From NCBI GenBank assembly GCA_963794975.1, contig CAWCGL010000009.1, positions 174,023 through 238,022 of the forward strand: 64,000 bases of DNA, read 5' to 3'. Source of the stretch: an uncultured Pseudomonadota bacterium (GTDB lineage Bacteria > Pseudomonadota > Gammaproteobacteria > Steroidobacterales > Steroidobacteraceae). Numbering within the stretch: the first letter of the stretch is position 1; every line of letters begins with the position of its first letter. Under the pieces are notes generated by a model. The model did no database searches. It saw only the letters and a program-made list of their open reading frames with translations, and was not told the origin of the DNA. Positions 11,189-19,064 of the stretch are shown one piece after another. A program made the position numbers and the translations under genes.

Positions 11189-11800
11189 TCAGGCGGCCTT
11201 CAGGCCCTCGGCCCTGAGCGCCTCCTGAACGTGCGGGCGCGCGTGGATGCGGTCAACGTAACGCTTAAGCTCGGGCCACTTGCCGAGGTCGAGCTTCACG
11301 AAGGGCGCCCAGCTGAGGACGGTGTAAAGGTAGCAGTCCGCGACCGTGAACTGTTCGCCCATGAGGAAGGTCTTGGAGCCGAGCGCGCGCTGCACGTACT
11401 CCAGGCGCCGGGTCAGGTGCGCCATGGCGAACTCGCGGCTGGCCTCGGGCGAGTCCTTATGGAACATGGGGGTGAAGCTCTTGTGGATCTCCGAGTTGAT
11501 GAAGCTCAGCCATTCCATCAGGCGGTAGCGCTCCATCGTTCCCGCCGGCGGGGCGAGCTTTGCGGCCGGGCTCTGGTCGGCGATGTACTGCAGCACGGTG
11601 ACGTTCTCGGTGAGGGTCTCGCCGTTGTCCAGGGTCAGCGCCGGCACATAACCCTTGGGATTCACGGTGTTGTAGTCCAGCCCGTCGGCGGCCTTCTTGG
11701 TATGGCGGTCGACCTTGACCAGCTCGAACGCAAGACCCGCCTCGCGCAGTGCGATGTTGGATGCCTGGGAGCAGGCCGACGGCATGTAGTAGAGCTTCAT
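11189..11800 (-). CDS. glutathione S-transferase (beta/GstA-like)
   Basis: Starts MKLYYMPSACSQASNIALREAGLAFELVKVDR...GYVPALTLDNGETLTENVTVLQYIAD, a typical GST N-terminal domain with catalytic Cys/Ser and a C-terminal helical domain. I preferred the start at 11800 over the 11842 ORF start. Confidence 0.85.
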   Translation of the reverse strand: MKLYYMPSACSQASNIALREAGLAFELVKVDRHTKKAADGLDYNTVNPKGYVPALTLDNGETLTENVTVLQYIADQSPAAKLAPPAGTMERYRLMEWLSFINSEIHKSFTPMFHKDSPEASREFAMAHLTRRLEYVQRALGSKTFLMGEQFTVADCYLYTVLSWAPFVKLDLGKWPELKRYVDRIHARPHVQEALRAEGLKAA

Positions 11801-11902
11801 GTCCAACTCCTTGGGTTCCCGCCGGCTGTCACCGGTTGGCATATGCCCGGCGGGATGGTCATGCTAACGTTGCCCACAGCGATGGCAAGAGGATAGCGTG
11901 CC

Positions 11903-12172
11903 ATGAGGGCGCTTTTGAGCACCGTGGCGGTCATTGGGGTCGGCCTGGCATTGGGTGGCTGCCACGACCGCCAGCAACAGCCATTGCCCGGACCGAAGTC
12001 CTCGACGGTCTCCGGACTCGTGCCCGGTGCCGCTTCCCACGCCGAACCGGCCCCATCGGCCAGCCCCCCGGGGCGCGCTTCGCCAGATGAAATCAACTGG
12101 TTCCAGGGCACGCTCGAGGAGGCCTTCACGCGGCGTCCCTCCACGGAGGACCGCTCCCCGTTTCGCTACTGA
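11903..12172 (+). CDS. short putative lipoprotein, possibly a 5' remnant of a thioredoxin-fold protein gene
   Basis: It has a signal peptide plus lipobox (VGLALGGC) and then a Pro/Ser linker. The last 25 aa or so (EINWFQGTLEEAFTRR..EDRSPFRY) resemble the start of periplasmic thioredoxin-like proteins, but the ORF stops 31 nt before the tRNA gene. Confidence 0.4.
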   Translation: MRALLSTVAVIGVGLALGGCHDRQQQPLPGPKSSTVSGLVPGAASHAEPAPSASPPGRASPDEINWFQGTLEEAFTRRPSTEDRSPFRY

Positions 12173-12203
12173 ACGCACGCGACTGTTACAATCCGCGCCG
12201 GTT

Positions 12204-12520
12204 GGGCCTGTAGCACAGCGGTTAGTGCAGGGGACTCATCGATAAGGTGCCTTCGCGTGGAAACGCGCGAAGTGGACGGGATGAATTCAGGGAAACCTTC
12301 GGGGCGTGCGCCCCATGGCAATCCTGAGCCGAGCCGCCGGTACACCGGCGGAAGGTGCAGAGACTACCTGAGGGCTTCGTGAAGCGCCCTTGATGACAGG
12401 CTAGAGCATCCCGCACCCTCACGCACGGCCAGTGCACGGGTGAAGAGATAGTCCACTCCCGGCGGAAACGGCGGGGTCAAGTGAATCCCTTGGTCGTAGG
12501 TTCGAATCCTACCGGGCCCA
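12204..12520 (+). tRNA. tRNA-Ile(CAU) (ileX/lysidine type) gene interrupted by a group I intron; exons 12204..12239 and 12484..12520
   Basis: The joined exons fold as a cloverleaf:
- acceptor stem GGGCCTG/CGGGCCC;
- D arm GCAC-AGCGGTTA-GTGC;
- anticodon stem GGGGA/TCCCT with loop CT-CAT-AA;
- variable loop TGGTC;
- T arm GTAGG-TTCGAAT-CCTAC;
- discriminator A.

The mature sequence closely resembles E. coli tRNA-Ile2 (GGTTAG.GCAGG.GACTCATAATC.CTTGGTCG) and lacks initiator features. No CCA is encoded. Confidence 0.8.
12240..12483 (+). ncRNA. group I intron (IC3-like, ORF-less, 244 nt) inserted directly 3' of anticodon CAU
   Basis: Conserved core strings are present:
- GUG guide at 12247-12249, which can pair with exon CAU (G.U at the splice site);
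- P2 hairpin CUUCGCGUG-GAAA-CGCGCGAAG (12251-12272);
- AAUUCAGGGAAACCUUCGGGGCG..CCCCAUGGCAAUCCUGAGCCGAGC (12284-12333);
- GAAGGUGCAGAGACUAC (12351-12367, J6/7-P7);
- AAGAGAUAGUCC (12443-12454, J8/7-P7');
- terminal G at 12483.

The order and sequence parallel the Azoarcus tRNA-Ile intron as I remember it. Confidence 0.8.
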
Positions 12521-12830
12521 CACCAACACCTGCCGCGCCGCCGGTGGACCCTTCATCCCAGCACTAAGACCCTGGTCGCGCGCCGCAGCTTGACCTCGAG
12601 GTGGCACCGGGCAGGTCCTGCGGCAACGCATGCCGGCGACAGCCAAGTGAGATCCTGGCGCCAGGCGCGACAGTTATCGGGTAGCCGCGACCGAAGCAAG
12701 TTTTATAGGGTTTTGTTCGGCCGTGGTTAGCCGCCCGCCGCGATCCGCATGTCGTGGCGGGCGGCGCTTCGAGCAGGCAGGAAAGAGGCTGCCACCGGAA
12801 CCGCCCCGGTGGGCTTAACGGCAAGGATGC

Positions 12831-14432
12831 TCACAGCGGAACCATGGCACCGACCACCATGCCCTTGGCATCCAGTGCCAGACTCCACTGCGAGGTCCCG
12901 TGCGCATGCTGGACCTCGAACAGATCCATTCCGGAATCGCTGACCCCTGCCGGGTGAATGGCCTGCACGGCACCCAGGTTCGCCAGCCTTACCCGCAGTT
13001 TCGGCAGGTCGTGACGGATGGCCGCCGCCAGCTGCGGATTCATCTGCTCCAGATCCGGATTGCCCGCGGCGATGCCATCGATCAGCTGCCGCAGCGCCGC
13101 CTCGCTCGCGGGGTTGGGCGTTTGCGTCCGGATCTTCTCTGCCATCGCGGAACGCAGCCGCGCCGCCGTCGCCGCATCGATGCGGCGCATCGGCGTGCTG
13201 GCGCCATTCTGCTGGAGCACCGCGGCGGCGGCCGTCCCGTCGGCAGCGGGCGTGAAGGCGATCTGGACATCCGTACCTTCGCCGACGAAGGCGGTGGGGG
13301 TCCTGGCATACATCGGCAGCGGCGATACGCCGGGAAACTCCACCATCAGGTGGTCGCCCTGCCGCGTTACGGTCGTGAACTCCGCATCCTCGCCGTACTG
13401 GTAGTAACCGGCATAGCCGTCGAGGATCGCGGGCGCCAGCTGCACCCGGGAGCCGCGCGGGACGGCGGCGGGGGGCCCGCCCGCTGCCGCCGTGCTCGAC
13501 AGCGGCGTGCCCTCGGGCGCAGCAATCTGGGTCGCCACGGCCACCAGCGTCACTGAAAGGCAGCTACAGGCCGCCGCCACCAGCGCCCAAGACTTGGCAG
13601 GCTTGCTGAACATGAGCGTGATCCTCTCTTCCAGGAACGATCTGGGTTCGGACATCGCAATCACCGTGATCGGTGCCGACTGGCGCTGGCCCACGGCCAA
13701 CAAGGTCTCCGCGTACGCCCGGGGCGCGACACCAGCGCGCAGCACACCCGCGTCGCAGTCGACCTCGGCGGCGCGCCGCAGCCTGCGCAGCTGCCACCAC
13801 AGCGGCACGTTCCACGGCGCGCACAGCAGCGCGCACAGCGCCGCGGCGAGCGCCTGCGGATCGCCAGCGCGCACGTGCGCCAGCTCATGGGCGATGACCA
13901 CCGATTGCTGCGAGCCGGGCAAGTCGGCAAGCCATCCCGGCACGACGATCTGCGGCCTGAGCAGACCCACGACCGCCGGCCCCAGGTCGGGTGCCACGTA
14001 GACCGGCACGCCGGCAATGGTGCGCCGGGCCCAAGCGCGCTTGCGCCACGCGAGCCTTGCGCTGCTGAGGATCAGGGCAAGAGCCAGGCCCGCCGAGGCG
14101 GCACTCCAGCCGCGCACCAGCCAGGCGTCCAGGTCCCGGGAGGAGATTGCGCGGGTCAGATCAGCGCCGGCCCACTGGGCCGGGGACAGGACGCTCGCGG
14201 ACGATGCGCGCCGCACGAGGGTCTGGCCGCCCCAGGCCTGGCTTGCGGCCTTGGGCACCTGCAGCGCGAGCGCAATCGTCATGGCCGGGATGAGCAGGGA
14301 GGCGGCCATCGCCGCGACCCAGATCCAGCGGGTGCGCGCGCTTCTGAGCCTGGCTGCCTTCTCGGCCGAGAGCGCCGCCGCACTCACCACCAGGGTGACC
14401 ACCACGACGTAGAGCATCCACGCCAGCATCAC
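12831..14432 (-). CDS. M56-family (BlaR1-like) membrane metalloprotease/signal transducer with a non-PBP C-terminal domain
   Basis: 533 aa, with N-terminal TM helices and the HEXXH motif VIAHELAHVRAGD. The C-terminal roughly 230 aa (AILDGYAGYYQYGEDAEFTTVTRQGDHLMVEF...) is not a penicillin-binding sensor. A 4-nt overlap links it to the upstream blaI-like gene. Confidence 0.85.
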   Translation of the reverse strand: MMLAWMLYVVVVTLVVSAAALSAEKAARLRSARTRWIWVAAMAASLLIPAMTIALALQVPKAASQAWGGQTLVRRASSASVLSPAQWAGADLTRAISSRDLDAWLVRGWSAASAGLALALILSSARLAWRKRAWARRTIAGVPVYVAPDLGPAVVGLLRPQIVVPGWLADLPGSQQSVVIAHELAHVRAGDPQALAAALCALLCAPWNVPLWWQLRRLRRAAEVDCDAGVLRAGVAPRAYAETLLAVGQRQSAPITVIAMSEPRSFLEERITLMFSKPAKSWALVAAACSCLSVTLVAVATQIAAPEGTPLSSTAAAGGPPAAVPRGSRVQLAPAILDGYAGYYQYGEDAEFTTVTRQGDHLMVEFPGVSPLPMYARTPTAFVGEGTDVQIAFTPAADGTAAAAVLQQNGASTPMRRIDAATAARLRSAMAEKIRTQTPNPASEAALRQLIDGIAAGNPDLEQMNPQLAAAIRHDLPKLRVRLANLGAVQAIHPAGVSDSGMDLFEVQHAHGTSQWSLALDAKGMVVGAMVPL

Positions 14433-14809
14433 CCGTCCTCCCCTTCGGTCTCGTTGTCGAGAATCGTCCGCAGCCGCTGCAGCTGCGCCGCGCTGAGTCG
14501 GCGGTCGGAGACCAGGTGCGCCAGCAGCAGCTCGGAGGAACCATCGAACAGTTTCCTGGTGAGGTGCCGCAGCGCGCTCTTGCGGGCTGCCTGGCGTTGG
14601 GCAACGGCGGCATACCGGTGTCCGCGCCCCTGCTCCTCGTGCCTGACATAGCCCTTTGCTTCGAGCGTGCGCAGGATGGTCAGCACGGTGGTATAGGCGA
14701 GTTGGTCGCTAAGGCTTGCGCGGACCTCGGCGACCACCGAAGGGCCGCGGCCCCACAACACCTGCATGACGTCGGCTTCGCGGTCGGTGAGCAGAATGTC
14801 CATGGGCAT
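14429..14809 (-). CDS. BlaI/MecI/CopY-family transcriptional repressor
   Basis: 126 aa. LTDREADVMQVLWGRGPSVVAEVRASL...YTTVLTILRTLEAKGYV is the winged-helix penicillinase-repressor fold. An alternative start lies at 14803. Confidence 0.88.
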   Translation of the reverse strand: MPMDILLTDREADVMQVLWGRGPSVVAEVRASLSDQLAYTTVLTILRTLEAKGYVRHEEQGRGHRYAAVAQRQAARKSALRHLTRKLFDGSSELLLAHLVSDRRLSAAQLQRLRTILDNETEGEDG

Positions 14810-14811
14810 AC

Positions 14812-14829
14812 CTACTATAGTTATAGTAG
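14812..14829. promoter_or_regulatory. perfect 18-bp dyad CTACTATA-GT-TATAGTAG, candidate BlaI-type operator 1
   Basis: This is a perfect inverted repeat immediately upstream of the blaI-like start, in an AT-rich island within GC-rich DNA. It contains the core ACTATAGTTATAGT. Confidence 0.55.
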
Positions 14830-14856
14830 ATGATACACCGCCGCCTCACTCTGTCA

Positions 14857-14870
14857 ACTACAGTTATAGT
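14857..14870. promoter_or_regulatory. second copy of the dyad core (ACTACAGTTATAGT), candidate operator 2
   Basis: It shares 13 of 14 nt with the core of operator 1, 43 bp away. It lies between the blaI-like gene and the divergent plus-strand genes. Confidence 0.4.
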
Positions 14871-15214
14871 TATAGCCCTTCGCATGCTCGCTGCGATGCT
14901 TGCGAGCCGGCGGGCGTGCGCCCAGACTCAGTGCCTGCCCGCATGGAGGTAGCGCGATGCAACGTAGGGTCACGATCTGCGCGCTTGTCGCACTGCTGCC
15001 GAACATTGCCGTGTGTGATGAGACGTGATGTCCGCGCCAAGGTCGGCGGTGGCGGCACGCAGAAGATCGGCACCGGCACCATGCAAGTATGGCGTTACGA
15101 TCGCGGCAGCAATTCATTGCCGATGATCGTGACCATCACTGATGGCGTCATTCAAAGACTGGAACGCGGCGAATAGCCGCCATCCCCTTGCGCAACGCCG
15201 GAGCCCAGACCCTC

Positions 15215-15865
15215 ATGAGGCAGCCCATCATTGAAGTTCGCGTCGCAGCCGCAGTCCTGACGGCCGCGATGCTCGTGGCTTGCTCCACCACCGGCGGCAC
15301 GATAGGTAACCTGATTCCGGCTCCCAAGCTGCTGAAGGGGGACATCAAGAACAATGTCTATCACGCGCCGAACGGGGTGCTCAGCGTCGCCGTGCCCTTT
15401 GCAAAGGGGACTTACGAATACACCTACCTGCAGATCAAAGAGGAATTCAACGCGACCACGGAGCTAATCGTCTTCGGACCTGCGGCTTATGACCAGGGCA
15501 TCTATCGTGTGCAGGTAATCGAGCGGCGGGATGGCCTGGACACCCTCGACGCCTTCGAGGCCGATGCGCCGGACATCATGCGCGGCGCCCGGGAGATGGT
15601 TCAGACCGACGGCCATGCACCCCTCGAGGAACTGGGCAAGGACGAAGATCCAGTCAACGGGCACCCGGCCCTACACCAACACATGACGCAGCACGTCCCG
15701 GCGGGCGTGCTCTCCAACCACCCGGAACTACTGACCTACGACCTGTACGTGATGCAATTTGGGAGCAAGGTCGCGATCGCCGTGGTCATGCGCCCCGAGA
15801 AGTCCTACGCCGACCCGCCGGCGATATCCGTCGCTGCGTTCGTGCAGTCAGTACAGGTGCCGTAA
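15215..15865 (+). CDS. hypothetical lipoprotein
   Basis: It has a signal peptide with lipobox (AAVLTAAMLVACS). The composition is globular and non-shadow (K/Y/E/F-rich) with lower local GC. I recognise no family. Confidence 0.6.
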   Translation: MRQPIIEVRVAAAVLTAAMLVACSTTGGTIGNLIPAPKLLKGDIKNNVYHAPNGVLSVAVPFAKGTYEYTYLQIKEEFNATTELIVFGPAAYDQGIYRVQVIERRDGLDTLDAFEADAPDIMRGAREMVQTDGHAPLEELGKDEDPVNGHPALHQHMTQHVPAGVLSNHPELLTYDLYVMQFGSKVAIAVVMRPEKSYADPPAISVAAFVQSVQVP

Positions 15866-15888
15866 CCGATGACCGCCCTGCGGGGCGG

Positions 15889-18405
15889 TCATTCCTGGCG
15901 CAACCCCAAGGCCAGCGCACAGGCGGTCGGTTCGTCCAGGCGCAGGCGCGAGTCGGCAGCCAGCGCGCGCCAGCTCGGGCCCAGGTTCTTTTCCAGGGCC
16001 ACCATGACCGCGCCGCGCATGCGCTCCTGAGCCGGACGGCGCCGCAGCTGGCCCTGGGCGGCGTGCGCATCATCGGCGCAGGAGCAGATCCGCGCGGCCG
16101 GCTCGTAGCGGCTCTCCGCGCAGGCCAGGTACGCCATGGCATCCAGCACGGTGTACAGCTTGCTGCGATCCAGCCGCAGCGCCAGCTCCAGCAGCTCCGC
16201 GCCGGTGGCGCGCGCCTCGGCCAGCTCGCCGATGACCAGGAGCGCCACGAACGTCATGACCAGCAGCTCGAACTGGGTCTCGCGCCGCCCCAGGTGGCGC
16301 AGGCTCAGCGCCAGCGGGCGCCCCAGTTGCAGCGCGGCATCCGGATCGCCGCAGGCAATGTCCAGCTCCACGATGCTCACGGTGGCCGACAGCGCCTGCC
16401 GCTCGCTGATCGAGAGCGCCAGACGCATGGCGCGCTGGTAGGCCGCGCGCGCTTCCGTGAACTTGCCGGCGCTGGTCAGCAGGGTCCCTTCGGTGAGGGC
16501 CCCGTGGGCCAGCAGCCGTGCCGGCCAGGCCGGGTCCTCGAGTGCGCGCGCCGCATCGAACGCCGCGCGCGCCGCCTCGGTGTCGACCCGCCAGTTGGCG
16601 GCGAGCTGCATCAGGGCGAAGTAGTGCGAGCGCGTGTCGCTGGTCGAGGCATGCATGCGGGCGGCGAGTTCCGCCGCATAGCGGGCGCGGTCGCACTGCC
16701 GTGCGGAGTCGTAGGCGGCGATCGACTCCCAGAAACGCCCCACCCGCGCCCGCGGCAGGCCGTCGTGCAGCAGGGCCAGTACCTGCGAATAGCGCGCGCG
16801 CCCCTCGCCGTACAGGTCGGTCTCCACGAACAGCGGCCACGCCGAGCCAAAAAGCGCCACGCTCAGGTCCGGGTCGTGCTGCATGGTCCAGTCGATGGCG
16901 ACCCGCACGTTGGCGAGGTCGTGCTCGTAGCGCTGCAGCCACAGCGCCTCATCGAGCGACCAGTATTCCTGGTACGCCAGGTCGAGCAACTCAAGCACGG
17001 TGCTCGCCATGCGCTGGCGTGCCGCGTGCAGCCCCCCCTGGGCGCCGAGCTTCTCGCGCGCATAGTCGCGCGCGCTCTCGAGCAGCGTATAGCGCGGCGG
17101 GTCGACCGCCAGCACGCTCACCAGCGAGCGGTCCACGAGGCGGCCGATGAGGTCGATGACGTCGGCGGTACCGGTGTGGGCATCGCAGGCATAGCGCGCT
17201 GCACTGTCGAGCGAGAAGCTGCCGGCGAAGACGCCGAGGCGGTCGAACACGCGCTGCTCCTCCGGCGACAGCAGGTCGTAACTCCAGTCGAACGCGGTGC
17301 GCAGCGCGCCGTGGCGAGCATCGCTCGGGCGCCCGGCGGCGCGCAGCAGGCGGAACCGGTCGTCCAGCCGCTCGAGCAGCGTGGCCAGCCCGAGCGCCGG
17401 CACGCGCGCGGCCGCCAGCTCCAGCGCCAGCGGGATGCCATCCAGCCGGCGGCAGATCTCCGCCACCAGCGCGGTATTGGCCGGCGAGAGCTCGAAGCTG
17501 CGGTCGGCCGCGGCCGCACGCTGCGCGAACAGCGCCACCGAGGCGTACTGCGCCGCCATCTCCTGCGCCACGTCCGGATCGGGAGCGGGCAGCGCCGCGA
17601 GCCGGTAGACGAGCTCGCCGGCGATCCCGAGCGGCGCCTGGCTGGTGATCAGCACGCGCACGCCCTGCGCCTCGGGCAGCAGCTCCGCCAGCGGCGCGGC
17701 CAGGGACTCGCTGAGGTGCTCGACACAGTCGAGCACCAGCAGCAGCGGCATGCTGCGCAGCGCGTGCCCGAGCGCGGCGAAATCGTCGCCGTCATCCGGC
17801 AGCGACAGCCCGAGCGCCACCGCGATCGCCGAGGGCACGTGCTCGGCGACCTCGACGGTGCGCAGCGACACCCACGCGGCCGCCAGCCCCGCTTGCTCCG
17901 CCTCGCGCGCCAGCACCTCCTGCGCGAGCCGCGTCTTGCCGACCCCGGCGATGCCGACGATGCTCACCAGGCAGCTGCGCCCGAGTGCCTCGTGTAGCTC
18001 GCGCAGCTCGGTATCACGCCCGACCAGCGGGGCGAGGCGCTGCGGCCAGCTGCGCCGGGGCAGTGGCGGCGGCGGCTCGGCGGCGGCCGCGGCGCCATTG
18101 CGCGCGCCGCCGGCGGAGACCTCCAGTTCGAGACGGTAGCCAAAGCCCGGCACCGTGCGGATCGCCTCGGCGCCGAGCACGCGGCGCAGCGCCGCGACCT
18201 GGGCGGGCAGATTGTTCTCATCGACGACCAGGCGCGGCCAGACACGCTCGAGCAGCGTGGCCTTGGTAACCAGGCGCCCTGGGTTCTCCACCAGCACGAG
18301 CAGCAGGTCAAAGGCGCGCGCACCCAGCTCCAACTGCCTCGCGCCGGCGCGCAGCTGGCGCTCCGAGGGATAGAGGTCGAACGCGCCAACGCGTATCAGA
18401 TCCAT
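15889..18405 (-). CDS. large transcriptional regulator: OmpR/PhoB-type winged helix + P-loop NTPase (NB-ARC/AAA-like) + TPR-like C-terminal region
   Basis: From MDLIRVGAFDLYPSERQLRAG..ELGARAFDLLLVLVENPGRLVTKATLLERVWPRLVVDENNLPAQVAALRRVLG..GFGYRLE (trans_reg_C). A Walker A motif (IVGIAGVGKTRLAQEV) follows, then a long helical repeat region. I preferred the start at 18405 (ATG). Confidence 0.8.
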   Translation of the reverse strand: MDLIRVGAFDLYPSERQLRAGARQLELGARAFDLLLVLVENPGRLVTKATLLERVWPRLVVDENNLPAQVAALRRVLGAEAIRTVPGFGYRLELEVSAGGARNGAAAAAEPPPPLPRRSWPQRLAPLVGRDTELRELHEALGRSCLVSIVGIAGVGKTRLAQEVLAREAEQAGLAAAWVSLRTVEVAEHVPSAIAVALGLSLPDDGDDFAALGHALRSMPLLLVLDCVEHLSESLAAPLAELLPEAQGVRVLITSQAPLGIAGELVYRLAALPAPDPDVAQEMAAQYASVALFAQRAAAADRSFELSPANTALVAEICRRLDGIPLALELAAARVPALGLATLLERLDDRFRLLRAAGRPSDARHGALRTAFDWSYDLLSPEEQRVFDRLGVFAGSFSLDSAARYACDAHTGTADVIDLIGRLVDRSLVSVLAVDPPRYTLLESARDYAREKLGAQGGLHAARQRMASTVLELLDLAYQEYWSLDEALWLQRYEHDLANVRVAIDWTMQHDPDLSVALFGSAWPLFVETDLYGEGRARYSQVLALLHDGLPRARVGRFWESIAAYDSARQCDRARYAAELAARMHASTSDTRSHYFALMQLAANWRVDTEAARAAFDAARALEDPAWPARLLAHGALTEGTLLTSAGKFTEARAAYQRAMRLALSISERQALSATVSIVELDIACGDPDAALQLGRPLALSLRHLGRRETQFELLVMTFVALLVIGELAEARATGAELLELALRLDRSKLYTVLDAMAYLACAESRYEPAARICSCADDAHAAQGQLRRRPAQERMRGAVMVALEKNLGPSWRALAADSRLRLDEPTACALALGLRQE

Positions 18406-18492
18406 GCTGCGGTCTCCAACCCGCCGCGTCCGCCAGCTGGCGAACGGCGGCACACTATACGCTCCCGCTCCGCGCGGCGGCGCTAGCAACGA

Positions 18493-18522
18493 TTCAGAAC
18501 AGTTTCAGCCCGGCTTTAAGAC
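18493..18522 (+). promoter_or_regulatory. 30-bp motif TTCAGAACAGTTTCAGCCCGGCTTTAAGAC (copy 1), candidate direct-repeat regulator site
   Basis: It lies in the divergent region between the wHTH regulator and the urcA-like gene. 25 of 30 nt are identical to copy 2. TTCAG/TTCAG/TTAAG elements are spaced 11-12 bp apart. Confidence 0.4.
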
Positions 18523-18617
18523 ATAAAAGGCCCGCCGGGAGATCCTGCTCACATGCACTCACGGGGCGGTTCACTGCCCCGCGGGGCGATCTCCAACCAA
18601 CCAAGCGAGAGACTGAC

Positions 18618-18968
18618 ATGACTAAACTGCCTGTGCTGGCGGCGTTTGCTGCCATTGCCGCCGCCCCCATCGCCGCCACCCAGGCCGAGGGCAACGATGT
18701 GCCGCGCTCTGAAACGGTGCGCTACGGTGACCTCGACCTGAACAACCAGCAAGGTGCCGTCACCCTGTACCGCCGCTTGCATAACGCCGCGGCGGACGTG
18801 TGCAGCGACCCGGCAGAGGACAAGTATTCCTCCGTGCCGCACTACCAGCACTGCGTCGAACAGGCCATCGGCGAGGCGGTGGCTTCGGTGGACCAGCCGG
18901 CGCTGACCGCTTACGCCGAGGCGCGCGGCGTGGCGGTGATGTCCCGCAAGGGCGGACGTCCAAACTAA
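18618..18968 (+). CDS. UrcA-family secreted protein
   Basis: 116 aa with a signal peptide (AAIAAAPIAATQA). SETVRYGDLDLNNQQGAVTLYRRLHNAAADVC matches the UrcA family pattern. Confidence 0.7.
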   Translation: MTKLPVLAAFAAIAAAPIAATQAEGNDVPRSETVRYGDLDLNNQQGAVTLYRRLHNAAADVCSDPAEDKYSSVPHYQHCVEQAIGEAVASVDQPALTAYAEARGVAVMSRKGGRPN

Positions 18969-19064
18969 CCTTGCGCGGGGCGGTGGCGCAATCCGTGCGA
19001 CCGCCCCGCGTCGTTTTCTGCATCATGGCCGGCCTGTTCCGGCCGCCGGCGCCGGCAAGACGCT

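Noticed and set aside
12204-12530. Initial suspicion that the roughly 320-nt structured RNA with a tRNA-like 3' end was tmRNA (ssrA).
   Set aside because: The 5' part is a complete acceptor/D/anticodon half with a CAT anticodon, rather than the tmRNA 5' acceptor strand only. There is no resume codon or ANDENYALAA-type tag ORF. The interior carries group I core motifs. An intron-containing tRNA explains every segment.
12564-12824. An 86-aa minus-strand ORF (and 12749..12957 plus-strand ORFs) in the gap after the tRNA. I considered them as a possible integrase or remnant gene.
   Set aside because: The composition is Pro/Arg/Gly/Cys-rich, with no motif of tyrosine or serine recombinases and no start context. 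I treated the region as non-coding.
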